64,000 nt of DNA. It comes from Pavona decussata. Taxonomy: Eukaryota. The stretch lies in assembly GCA_977016875.1 (NCBI GenBank), contig CDRNST010000002.1, positions 930,001 through 994,000 of the forward strand. The letters run 5' to 3'. This document shows positions 1 to 12,900 of the stretch, piece by piece (position 1 is the stretch's first letter; the number at the start of each line of letters is the position of its first letter). The position numbers and the translations under genes are program-made. The notes under the pieces were generated by a model, which saw only the letters and a list, made by a program, of their open reading frames with translations, was not told the DNA's origin and ran no database searches.

Positions 1-1031
1 ATGTTCTGATTCGCTGTCTATGCGTATCTTTATAAATGGAAATTATGGTCGCATATAAAATGCTAACGGCTGTTTTGCCTATGTAAAGCGTTTTATAAGC
101 GTATAGAGAGAAAATAAGAAAATTTGTTAAAAATATTTCCTCGATTTAATTTCCCACATTATCACTACGAAAAAAAAGCAGCGGCTCAATCAAATACGCA
201 TTTCAGAAACGCGTCATGGCACGACCTTTTTGTAGCTCTGCAGAAATTTAGAAAGGATAGAATAGATCCCCATAGCAAGGGAAAATGTACGTTGGCAAAG
301 TTTGGTTCACTGATTTGCAGTTATTTTCTTGACTTGATTATTCAGCCACTGTAAGAGAGAAGAAATGAAGTACATCAGCGAGGCCAAAACATCACACTAT
401 TGACCCATGCGATGTGATTGGTACAGATTTTTACTCTGGTAGTTCTAACTTTTTTTCAAGTAATTCCCGAAATTGTAATGTTTAACATGACTACGTTGGA
501 CTTAAGTGGAAGGAAAATGTGAAGGCCATAAAACCCAAAGCAAAAGAAATGGATTACTCTGACTTTCGTTCTGGTAGACCTACGAAGTACTTAATAGTTT
601 GATTTCTCTTGGTGTTGAATACCTTTAAACACCCACAAGCGAGGAACAATTTATGTCAACGTATTAAAATTGCGACCGATTTCATTTCTTTCTGAAAGCC
701 AAAATCACAAAAACTTCCTTTCTGGATATTCATTCATTCATCCATTCGTTCGTTCGTTTGTTCGTTCATTCATTCATTGAACGTTTTTCAGAAATCTTTT
801 TACAAGCTTTCTTCTACTGAAGTAGTCTTTTTTTTTTTATTTTTGGTCGGATGTGGGATTGCCATTTTCTGTGTTAAAAATGTGTTTCTTTTCTCTGTTC
901 CGTACTTACCAACTTTTTAATTGTGAAACAACAGGCCGCTTTACAACTTTGCTTTTTAACACTTTTGTTACAACCACTTGTCACGGAGGTGGATAGTTCA
1001 ACAGCCAAACATTAAACCAAGATGATCATTT

Positions 1032-4000
1032 TCACAAAACGAAAACAACATCAACCACCACAACATTTGGATAAAAGAACTTACTATTTTCACGCATCAT
1101 TTCAGCGCTTTGCTTCCTTGTGTCCAAATTCAAGTGGATGTCATCACCAATTAGTACAAAAGGAGCCCAGTAATTCACAGCAAAGAACTCCTCTGACTCT
1201 CGTAGACACTTCATAGCCTGGTGAAGAGCTACACTAGCCGTTTTACCATCTCCAAGATGTTGGTAGAAACTCTTCATGAACTCCATAGTTGCCTGGTCTG
1301 AAATTGCCCAAAGTGAAGCCAGAACAGAACGAGCCCCAGCAGCCAAGAAAGCCCGAGCAATTCCGACGACACCCTCAGACTTAATCCCTCCTCTGCCACT
1401 ATGACAGCAACTAAGCACAACCAGTTTTGCTCGCAGCTTAACAGCTTGGACATCCGACATTTTTAACATGTAGTTGTCTTCCTCAGGACCCTTGTTCTTT
1501 GCTCTTGATCTTGAACTTCCATCGTAATGTTTTTGCCATCCTGGATTTGGAGCCAAAGCAATTTCTCCCGTTTCCTTTCTTCCATGAGCTGCGATATGAA
1601 CCAAAGCGGCCGAAGTAATTCGTTTTAACACCTCGTCTTTGGTTGCCTCTGTTCCTGTTAGTGGTGGAATCTTTAGGATTTCTCCTATCATCTCTACTTC
1701 CTTTCTGGCACATGGCAGTTGCCTGTACTTTGGATACTCGACATTCCCCAGATATGGATCTCCGACAAGCAGTGCCTCCTGCACACTTTTGCAGTCCTCA
1801 GGGCGATCTGTGATCAGTCTTAAACTGGTCAACGAGGGTACAGTGCGGATGTGGATAGATGTGCTCAGAGCAGAGAATGGAGCCAGGCAAAGAGGACCAT
1901 CGGGGACAACGATCAATTCGTTACCTTGACACAAGTCTGCAATGGGGCCAAGAATTGCATCATGTAATGGTTGTAACGCATTGATGGTCCATTGTGAGGG
2001 CACTCCTTGTTTATCTTCATCCTCTTCATCATTGTCATCAACATCACGATCATCTAGCTCATCCAGTGAACGATTCTCACATTTTACGCGGACACGAACT
2101 CCAATTTCCTTCAAAGTAGTATTCAACAAGGCAGTCACTGCATCTTCGTCCGCTCTTCCCTGTTCAAATTCCTTTTCTCGAAACTCAACCTTGCTTCCCT
2201 TGCTGATAATCCAGAAAGTGATTTTGTTGCGCCTGTGACCCAAGAAAACCGTTTTCGTAAATAACTTGTTTGAGATGAAGGAAATGGTTTCTTTAGGTTC
2301 AAGTAACGTCGATGGAGATTCTGTGATACCATACTGTGTTTTTAAGATGTCAACCAAAGTCTGTGCTCGACCTGCCTCAGCAGCACACAAAGCCTCATCT
2401 GTTCTTCCCAGCCTCAATAGGTTTTGCCAAAGATTACTGTAAGCAGCACGATAAAGTTCCCGAAAACTTATTTTTAAGGCGTCTTCACGAGTAATGGAAG
2501 CTCTGACAATATCAAGTATATTTACACTATCTTGATAACATTCACAGGCTTCCTGAACCTTTCCAAGAATTTGATTAATGTTGCCGAGGTCATTGTAGGC
2601 CTGCCCTTCCATGGCTGTATCGCTTACTTCCTTTGCTATTTTCAGACACTTTTCTTGATACTCTATGGCCTTTTGGGCATTTCTCATACGCAAATAAAGG
2701 CAACCAAGTTTGCCATAGGCCTGACCTTCTCCGTCTCTATCGCCTACTTCTTTGGCTATTTTCAGATAATTTTCATAGTACTCCATGGCCTTTTGAAAGT
2801 TTCCCAGTCCCTCATAAGCGATGCCGAGGTTGCAATAGGCCGCACCTTCTCCAGCTCTATTGCCTACTTCTTTTGCTATTTTCAGACAATGTTCCTGGTA
2901 CTTTGTGCCCTTTTCCAAGTCGCCCAGGCACAGATAAGCGCCGCCGAGGTTGCCATAGGCCCGACCTTCTCCGTCTCTATCGCCTACTTCTTTGGCTATT
3001 TTGAGATCCTTTTCATGGTACTCTATGGCCTTTTTGAAGTTGCCTAGGCTCTGATAAGCGTTTCCGAGGTTTCCATAGGTCACACCTTCTCCAGCTCTAT
3101 CGTCTACTTCTTTTGCTATTTTGAGATCCTTTTCATGGTACTCTATGGCCTTTTGGAAGTTGCCCAGGCTCTGATAAGCGTTTCCAAGGTTGCCATAGGT
3201 CCCACCTTCTCCAGCTCTATCGCCTACTTCTTTTGCTATTTTGAGATCCTTTTCATGGTACTCTATGGCCTTTTTGAAGTTGCCTAGCCTCCAATAAGCG
3301 TTGCCGAGGTTGCCATAGGTTTCACCTTCTCCAGCTCTATCGCCTACTTCTATTGCTATTTTGAGATCCTTTTCATGGTACTCTATGGCCTTTTGGAAGT
3401 TGCCCAGGCTCTGATAAGCGTTTCCGAGGTTTCCATAGGTCCCACCTTCTCCAGCTCTATCGTCTACTTCTTTTGCTATTTTGAGATGCTTTTCATGGTA
3501 CTCTATGGCCTTTTGGAAGTTGCCCAGGCTCTGATAAGCGTTTCCAAGGTTGCCATAGGTCCTACCTTCTCCAGCTCTATCGCCTACTTCTTTTGCTATT
3601 TTGAGATGCTTTTCATGGTACTCTATGGCCTTTTGGAAGTTGCCCAGGCCCTGATAAGCGTTTCCAAGGTTTGAATAGTTCCTACCTTCTCCAGCTCTAT
3701 CGCCTACTTCTTTTGCTATTTTGAGATGCTTTTCATGGTACTCTATGGCCTTTTGGAAGTTGCCCAGGCTCTGATAAGCGTTGCCGAGGTTGCCATAGGT
3801 TCCACCTTCTCCAGCTCTATCGCCTACTTCTATTGCTATTTTGAGACGCTTTTCATGGTACTCTATGGCCTTTTGGAAGTTGCCCAGGCTCCGATAAGCG
3901 ATTCCGAGGTCTCCATAGGTCCCACCTTCTCCAGCTCTATCGTCTACTTCTTTTGCTATTTTGAGATGCTTTTCATGGTACTCTATGGCCTTTTGGAAGT

Positions 4001-4711
4001 TGCCCAGGCTCTGATAAGCGTTTCCGAGGTTTCCATAGCTCCCACCTTCTCCAGCTCTATCGTCTACTTCTTTTGCTATTTTGAGATCCTTTTCATGGTA
4101 CTCTATGGCCTTTTTGAAGTTGCCTAGCCTCCGATAAGCGTTTCCGAGGTTTCCATAGGCCCGACCTTCTCCGGCTCTATCGCCTACTTCTTTTGCTATT
4201 TTGAGATCCTTTTCATGGTACTCTATGGCCTTTTGGAAGTTGCCCAGGCTCTGATAAGCGTTTCCGAGGTTTCCATAGCTCCCACCTTCTCCAGCTCTAT
4301 CGTCTACTTCTTTTGCTATTTTGAGATGCTTTTCATGGTACTCTATGGCCTTTTTGAAGTTGCCTAGCCTCTGATAAGCGTTTCCGAGGTTTCCATAGGC
4401 CCGACCTTCTCCGGCTCTATCGCCTACTTCTTTTGCTATTTTGAGATCCTTTTCACGGTACTCTATGGCCTTTTGGAAGTTGCCCAGCCTCTGATAAGCG
4501 GTGCCAAGGTTGCAACAGGCTCTTCCTTCTCTGGATCTATCGCCTAGTTCTTTTGCTATCATCAGATCCCTTTCTTGGTACTCTATGGCCTTTAGCAAGT
4601 TGCGCTGGTTGTGATACGCGAAGCCGAGGTTGCAATAGGCTTTTCCTTCTCCGGATCTATCGTGTGCAGAATCTTTCTTTCCCATCTTTTTATGTGAGAG
4701 TGTAGCGAAGT
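1032..4711 (-). CDS. Terminal giant exon of a TPR-CHAT (TTC28-like architecture) protein: 18 x 40-aa TPRs plus a CHAT caspase-like peptidase domain
   Basis: 1217-aa ORF with repeats [40 protein letters not shown]. CHAT motifs are VVPDGPL, HIAAHG (His 1584-1586), LVVLSCC (Cys 1404-1406), AFLAAGA and WAPFVLIG. A phase-1 acceptor tttctacag| at 4711 is in frame with the ORF, so the ATG at 4685 is probably internal. Confidence 0.93.
2505..4664 (-). repeat. Coding tandem repeat of 18 x 120 bp (TPR array); units 3-14 (2985-4424) nearly identical
   Basis: 120-bp periodicity is directly visible in DNA (e.g. tttcatggtactctatggcc recurs every 120 bp). Confidence 0.97.
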
Positions 4712-5949
4712 CTGTAGAAATTTACATAGGGGACATACTTATTCTATGAATACATTTTAAAGCCTGTTCATACAGGCACTACTTTAGGGTTGTTTGTATG
4801 TGCTTATGGAAATCAAAAAATATAACTCGAAAGAGGAAGAAATGACGTTCATTGCTTGAACTTAAAAGATTTCTTAAGTTGATCTGCGTCTAGTAACATT
4901 TACGTAGACTGTTGTATTTTAGAGGTATTCCTAGATAAGTTAGGAAGTCTCGCTTGAAATGTTTTAGTAATCTAGACTGAGGGAGTCTATATACAGTTAA
5001 TGTACAGGAAATGAAAACTTTGAGTATGCAGATGGAGTCTATACCGTAAAATACCCCTATAAAAATTGTGAAAGCGCAGATATTATCATGTCCAGAAACT
5101 CCCAGTTAGGCACTGGTCTAATTTACTTGTTCGCTAAGACTTCTTTCCAATAAGTACAAGGAGTTCTTGAGTACTTTTAAGAGCAATATGACCTAGTGGT
5201 GGTAGAAGTGTTAAGGTCAATATCGCTCATATTTTGGTAAAGCATACAGTCTGTAGATAGTTTTAACAATTACTACTTCCTTTGGTTAAAATGTGGTGCA
5301 AATAGACGGCATTTTGTAAAAATTTGGAAGGCTCGTGTATCAAATTTGAATTAGTGACGCATTTGAAGATAACATGTGGTTTTCTAGTGCAAACTTAAAT
5401 AAGTTATATATTTAAAACGTGATTAGAAAACTTAGGTTTCCTTGCAAGTAGGACGCTTTTAATAGAATGGTCTATAATTTGGGATTGTTTTTTTTTTCCT
5501 TGCCAAGCTTTGCTTTTATGCGCCGCTTTTTCCGATTACATAAAAATTGCTTAAGCAAATAATCTTGAATCACCCAAAGGGTCTCGTATTAAACAACGTC
5601 TTAATCGTAAACCTGGTCTTCACACCGTAGACAATGGTCTGTCTTAACAGAATGGTCTGGGAAAAGTAAACTTTATAAGTATAACAAGAGAAACCACTAG
5701 TAGACCAAAATACAGGACGTGGAATGAAGGGCTAGATCAACTGTAATAAATTAATTTTGCTTCAAGGTTAACAGAAATTAGCGAAGAATCTAACGTCTCA
5801 ACATTTAAACACGAAGTTTTAATAAAACAAATAAAATAACTTACTATTTTTCGCCATAAAAATTGCCTCAAGTGTAGCAGCCCAACAAGACTAATCGTCA
5901 CAAAACCAAGTTTGAGTAATTTTTAGTTGCACATTTTGCTTTCAACTTC

Positions 5950-6720
5950 AAGACTCGATATCTCATCTTTACAAAACTCGCCGCAATCAGCGACATTTCC
6001 TCTACTGTTCTCTCTGGATGTAGAGCTGCTTGTCTTGTGGGTCTGAATATCAGGGTATTAGTGTTGAGAACTACCTTTACCCCTGTCACAACTCCGAATC
6101 TTCCTGAATATAGTTCCTGAAAGTATGTCAAGAGGCTATATTACACGGTTGTCCTCCTCAGTTTAAGGATCAATATATCGCCAATATCCAAGGTGAGGTG
6201 TTTGGCCCTATTTCAAGGATCCGCATGTATTTGTGGCTCGCGTAAGAAAATGCTGGGAGGAACATCATGGAATTAGGGGTGAGGATTGATAGTATAACAT
6301 CATCATCTATGTAGCTTAGAAGCCAGTTTTCAAGGTTAATTCCACATCAAGGAGCAATTTCATTAGCAAACGCAACCCAATGGCCTTCTCAATAGCGCTT
6401 TTGTTTAACCCAACCATCCTCTCCTACTGCTTGGCCAATCAAGTGGCACGGTTGATACGCGAACTGATTTTGTTTTCAGTAAGGAGCTGGTTCAACTTCT
6501 CTTCACACATAGCTTTCCTGAAGCGCCAAGCAGCTCCAGCAGATATTGACCCATGATCTACATACACCTTCTCTGGTCTTCCTTTCATTGGAATCAACCT
6601 CCTCAGACTCAAAAAGACTTCTTGGGTTTTAATGAACGAAAACGGGAACTGCTATAGAGCACAATGTAAGCTTTGCCTTCGTATAAAACCATCTAATTGG
6701 CTTTGTAACCCTTTCCTTCA
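5950..6720 (-). mobile_element. Decayed BEL/Pao LTR retrotransposon integrase/C-terminal remnant
   Basis: Minus-strand translation gives LRRLIPMKGRPEKVYVDHGS (cf. RRFIARRGRP..IYSDNG) and GRFGVVTGVKV; stops and frameshifts present. Confidence 0.55.
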
Positions 6721-7630
6721 GGAGTATGAATGGGCTGGCACTCGGTTGTGTCATCCGCTCTTTTCATCGCGAATAAGCATGACTAACTGTCTGGTTATTA
6801 TGTTCCTCACTCAGCGGTCTATGTGGTCTCATTTGTTACGTCGCTCTGTCTTTTCGCTCCCACCATGCCTCCGTTCAGTTGAGTCATTCTCACTGGTTTT
6901 ACCGGTGTCTCAGCTTGAATGTTTTTCATGGGCATAATCTTGTAAACTTAAACATATTAAAATCTGTCTTAAAACATGAAAAGAGATATTGGTGTTTTAA
7001 TACTTATGGCTCTCATGGTACTGAAAAAGACTTCTCATGATCTGACCCACCAAAAACATAGCATTATGAGTAGTATAGGGGTTAAGGGTACTAGCACATT
7101 TTATGCTGATATCCCACCAACTCCTTTACTACACCCACCAACTCATATACTACATCCATCAGATGGCAAATTGTGCTCTTAACCATCAGACGGAAAAATG
7201 CGCTGATGGTTCTATCTACTTTTCATTGCGTGACCTCTCATGAAAAGGAAGTCACAATTCTCGGAAAAACGGGAAGTCTATGATGTCATACCACAGCGAA
7301 AGTCCCAATGAGTCATCAAATTTACTATTGTTTTTCAAGTCATATGAGAGTTGTATGATCTCTCTCAACCAATCAAAAACGTTACAATTTTGCTTCACAA
7401 TTGTGAAACTTTTCAGTGAAACTCCAATTAATTTGTGAAATTTGTTGTATAAAGATGCTTTTATCACTTAAACAGCTGGATCAACGCTATGAAAGCGTAA
7501 CTTTGAAGTTAATGTTGAATGATATCTTCTCCAAAGTAATAGATACCAATATGCGGCAAAGTAAAGAGTAATAGGTTTAAACGCATCATGTTAAAGATAT
7601 GAAGAATATCTCATCCTATTAATATAGAAG

Positions 7631-8195
7631 ATGCTTTGTGATAAGGATATTCATGACGAAATAAAGAGTATGGATTATATTACGTGTCCATTATGCGATG
7701 AACAGATTCGAGCTTGTTCAACCAAAAATGAAACGTGTTGTGAAAATGTGAAAATTCAAAGTACAGTGACAACGGTATGATTGTATGTGTCAGTTGTGGT
7801 CAAGTGGAAGGTCATGCAGTGGCAAAGGATCATATTAATTTTTATGAGAGTAGGAGTAATATTGTCAAAAAGTCTGTTTACCATAGACGTTATCATGTGA
7901 AAAATTCGATTTATAATATATGTAGTAAGAATAAAATACAAATTACCCATGATAAAATAAATCAAATAATTAAAGTATTTTAAAAAATCGAACAGATACT
8001 CCTTCAATTATACGGAAATAGAAAAAGAACGATAAGTTCATATTTTATCATTTCGCAGTTATTCAAGCTGATGAATTTATCATATGAAAATATTCAAATA
8101 ACCAAATAAAAAAACGCAAGCGTTTTTGTAAAAAATATCGGGGGAACATTCAAGCATTAATCAGTAAAAAGATTCAATCGATTATTGACAGATGA
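7631..8195 (+). pseudogene. Polinton gene relic, VLTF3-like zinc-ribbon transcription factor
   Basis: CPLC...CC...CVSCG followed by KKSVYHRRYH (cf. the VLTF3 YxRxxH motif); frameshifted with stops. Confidence 0.5.
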
Positions 8196-8199
8196 AAAT

Positions 8200-8640
8200 C
8201 TTATTGTATTTTTTTTTCACCCATTTATCAGCAAGAGGGCTATTGTCAAGTATAAAATCGTCATTGTGTTGCATTTTGCTATAGAATTCTTGTGAATTGA
8301 ATTCACCAGATCTTCAAATGTCTTTTATCTCGTTTAAAAGGTGCCCATATGTTTGAAAAGCGTATCGGCATTGATTAACCTTTTTCTCTACATCCTTGTG
8401 CTTCATATACGAATGAATTAATACGGAAACAGCTCATATAGCCACCAAACTGACTCCTGATGTAGCTACTGCAGAAGTGATACCTCCTGTGGCAAATATT
8501 ACGCTTGATATATCACCAGCCTGCTTCCATTTTCTTAATCTTTCGAACGCTGCCTTGTAGCACCACTTTTTTGCGATATGATGTGTAATAAACTTTTGGT
8601 TCCTCTGTTTTATCTTCAGTTAATCAGTCAGATATATGGC
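8200..8640 (-). pseudogene. Polinton small membrane-protein relic (hydrophobic Gly/Ala-rich hairpin)
   Basis: Reads AGDISSVIFATGGITSAVATSGVSLVAI*AVSVLIHSYMKHKDVEKKVNQCRYAFQTYGHLLNEIK, with internal stops. Confidence 0.5.
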
Positions 8641-9948
8641 TCCAGTCAAATATATTCTTTATACTATTTAGTTAAACTATTCTTCATTCGAACTAACAGG
8701 TAATTCTCTAGGTATCACTATATAGTCCAGAAAACACTTTATTCCCCAGTCAGAAGGAAGCGTATTAAAGTAGCAATAGTATTTTGTGAAATCTTTACTG
8801 AAAAAGAACTTTAAGTGTCCAAAACTACTAGTCACAAAAATCAGATAAAGTATGATGGTTTCTATCATTTCTTAAACGTTTTGTACAACAACATCTTGTC
8901 AAGTAGTAGCACCATCGATATCAGAAGCGCTTAACAAAGGAATTCATGATTAGTTAGTTTTAGGTATAGTCAGAGCCTTTCTTCCAATACGACCTCTTAT
9001 TTGTTCATTTCGAAATTGAATTATCTGTTTTTGTAATTCAACTTTGAAAGCGTCGAGAGCAGTTTTTATACTTGTTTGTATTTGTGTTGTTATTATATTT
9101 TTCAATGTTTCGATATGATTTGTAGTTTGTGAATTAATTGTGTTTATTTGAGAATTTGAGTAGTTATTGTTTTTTTGGTAGTGTTAATCAGATTTGTCAA
9201 TAAAGTTTCTGTTGTTGCAATTTGATTTATCATTTGACCTTTCGACACAGTATGATCAGCATCAACTCCGTCTTTCATCACCAAATGTCTATCTTCAGTA
9301 TTTAGGTGACCATCATCATTTTCATTAATGTTAGTATAATATTTCGGATAGCTGACGGTGTATTCTGTTTTATTACCATTTTCATCTAAAATATGGTTTC
9401 CATTTTCATCTTTTGCGTGAGGCATATATTGATACTTTATATTATTTTATAACAAATTGTGCATCTGACATTATTTGACCAAGTACTTACCCATTGAGTA
9501 TAATCACCGTCATCTCTATCAGTATGACTAATTGAAAACGAACGTATACCTGACTGAATTTGTTGATTAAGTGAGATCGTTACATTTCTTTTAGAAGTGA
9601 ATTCATAATTTTCTGGAGACGTATATCCTGTTTTTTTTTTTGTATAATTAACAATGATATATTTTATTTGAATCGTTACCAGAAAAATACATTTCGATTT
9701 TGTATATGTACACCTTTAATAAAAAACGGAGTGGAATATTATTATTATTTACATCACGAAAAGAACGACCACTCAGAGAACTATCAATCATTTGCATTGT
9801 ATAACCAAATAATGGTTTCATATAAGCTCTTGTCACAGCATCACTGTCATTAAGAGGATTCCTCAAACCATAAATATTATGATTATTCATATTAATATTT
9901 TGATCAATACCGATTCCAATATATTATTTTACAGGCGTAGGACTTACA

Positions 9949-12900
9949 CCTCGCGCTGGGGCTATACGGCGTACTGGGGCGCGTCCCCCGGTTGGTGGAT
10001 GGGGGAGCCCTCCCTTTGGGGGGTTGCACCTGAATAATACGGAATAGGGTGCCGTGGACCAACATAGCCTAGGAGAAGCAAAACTCTGATTCCAAAACCG
10101 GGCAGGTGGAGCTCGTTAGCCTTGGCAGGCAGTTCATCTAGGAGACAGAAAACTCTGATTACAAACCCGGACAGATGGAGTTCGTTAGCCTTGGCAGGCA
10201 ATCGTCTAGGAGTGGAAAACTCTGATCTCAAACCCGGGTAGATGGAACTCGTGAGCCATGGTCGGCTATCATTTAGGAGAAGGAAACTCCAAGTGAAATC
10301 ACCCCTCCCTCCAGGCTGGGGGTTAGACACAGGGCTAACAACCCTGTTCTGTAAAAACAAGTCTTGTTGCGGAAACAGCAACAAAGGAAAAGAACACTTC
10401 TAGGTGTGACAGGCTTCCAGAGTCATCGCAAGATACTCGTGTGACTGGCAGTGGTGAAAACCGAATGGAAGCCACTGACAGGAGGATGGAAGTCTTAAGC
10501 GCCAAAACCAGAACCAGGATTGGTTTCTGGAATGTAAGAACCATGTATGAGACCGGGAAGCTAGCGCAAGTTACAGCAGAGATGAGGCGCTACAATCTAC
10601 ACATTCTTGGAGTCAGCGAGAGCCGATGGACAAGATCCGGTAGATACAGAACCAACACGGGGGAGACAGTGCTCTACAGTGGTAGAGATGACGATCAACA
10701 CCACGAAGGAGTCGCAATCATCCTTAAAAAGGGAGTGGAAAAGTGCCTGATGGAGTGGAAGCCTATTAACAGCAGGCTGATGAAGATCAGATTGAGAGGG
10801 AAGCACATCAATACCACCATCATCCGGTGCTACGCACCAACCAACGACAGTGAGGAAGAGAGCAAGGAGGCTTTCTATGAACAGTTGCAGGCTGAACTGG
10901 AGAACACACCAGGACATGAAATGAAGATAGTGATGGGCGACTTGAATGCCAAAGTTGGAAGCGATAACACCAACTACGAGATAGCCATGGGTAAGGAAGG
11001 ATGTGGAAGCATGAACAACAATGGAGAGAGACTGCTGGAATGCTGCGGGACATACGACCTTTTCATTGGCGGGACTCTCTTTCCACACCCAGACATCCAC
11101 AAACTTTCCTGGTGTTCCCCCAACGGCAGAGACAAGAATCAGATCGACCACCTGATAATCAACGAGACGTGGAGGAGATCGCTGCAAGACGTTAGAGTGA
11201 GGAGAGGAGCAGATGTTGGCAGTGATCACCACCTTGTCACTGCAACTCTGAAAGTGAAACTGAGAAAGAATGGACCTGAGAAACCAAGACAACAACAGTT
11301 TGATGTGGAGAAGCTGCGCGACCCCAAAGCAAAGAATGCCTTCATCCTTAAGCTGAAGAACAAGTTCCAAGCTTTGGCAGATGCTGAAAACTACACCCAG
11401 ACAGAGTCAGCGGGAATCGACACCGCGTGGAAGCAAGTAAGATCAGCCTACACACAGACCAGTGAAGCTTGTTTAGGAAGAGGACGAAAGAGGAGGAAAG
11501 AGTGGATAACAACGGATACCTGGAAAGCCATTGAGAACAGGAGAACCCTTAAGAAGAGAGTGTTGGAGACCAAGTCAGAAAGGCTGGAAGAGAGGTACAA
11601 AAAACAGTACAGGGAAGCTGATCAAACAGTGAAAAGAATGGCTAGGGCCAACAAGCGGGCCTACGTGGAATGCCTTGCAAGGGAAGCAGAAGAGGCCGCG
11701 GCCAGAGGAGAACAAGGACGGGTGTACAAAATCACTAAGCTCGTCAGCGGCAAGTACCGGGGATCTACAGACACACCCATCGCAGATAAACAGAGACGGA
11801 TACTAACAACAGAAGCAGAACAAGAGGCGAGATGGGCAGAACATTTCAGCGAAGTTCTAAACAGACCACCACCAACCGCTCCAGCGGATGTACAGGACCC
11901 GGCTAAAGACCTGGATGTAAACACAACGCCACCTGAGAAACAAGAAATTGTAGCAGCCATCAGATCCCTCAAAAACGGAAAGACCCCTGGTCAAGACAGC
12001 CTCAATGCAGAACTCTTCAAGGCAGACCCAGAGCCTGCAGCGCAAGTTCTTCAGCCACTCTTTACAGCCATCTGGGACGAGAAACAACTACCAGAGGATT
12101 GGACGGAAGGCGTCATAGTAAAGATCCCAAAAAAGGGAACCTTGAGCAATTGTAATAACTGGAGAGGAATCACCCTCCTGTCTGTTCCAAGCAAGATCCT
12201 CGCAAAAATCATCATCAAGCGAATTGAAGAGGCAGTGGACCAGCAACTCCGAAAGGAGCAGGCCGTTTTTCGACCAGGAAGAGGGTGCACAGACCAAATA
12301 TTTACTCTGCGAAACATCATCAAACAGTGCACAGAATGGCAGAGACAGTTGTACATCAACTTCGTAGACTTTGAAAAGACCTTTGATAACATCCATCGAG
12401 CGAGTCTATGGCGCATTCTCAGGGCATATGGAATACCGCAGGAGATTGTTCTTGTCATCAAGAGTTTCTACAACAACTTCACATGCATGGTAGGAAGCAG
12501 CGAGACCAGCTTCAGCGTGAAGACCGGTGTTAGACAAGGCTGTTGTATGTCTGCGATGCTCTTCAACTTGACAATCGACTGGGTGATGAGGCAGACAACA
12601 GCAGACCAATCAGATGGACCCTCTTGACACAACTTGAAGATTTGGACTTTGCTGACGATCTAGCACTCATGTCGCATACCCACCAGCACATGCAGGAGAA
12701 GACGTCCCGTCTAAATACCTTTGCACAGCAAGTAGGCTTGAAGATCAGCCAGAAGAAGACGGAGGTAATGATGCTGAACGTATCAAACCCATCACCTGTC
12801 ACAGTAAATGGAGAAGATCTACCAACGACCGAAGAAGTTACATACCTTGGGAGCACTGTCAGACATGACGGTGGGGCAGGCAGCGACATCAAGAACCGCC

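Noticed and set aside
2532-4127. Hydrophobic repeat ORFs on the + strand
   Set aside because: They are antisense shadows of the TPR array.
2505-4664. CRISPR-like array or DGR-like repeats
   Set aside because: These are contiguous coding 120-bp units with no unique spacers, and no cas genes or DGR-type RT are present.
1032-4685. Bacterial TPR-CHAT (Craspase/Csx29) or contamination
   Set aside because: It is embedded in spliceosomal-intron and animal-transposon context, with an in-frame splice acceptor and no operon.
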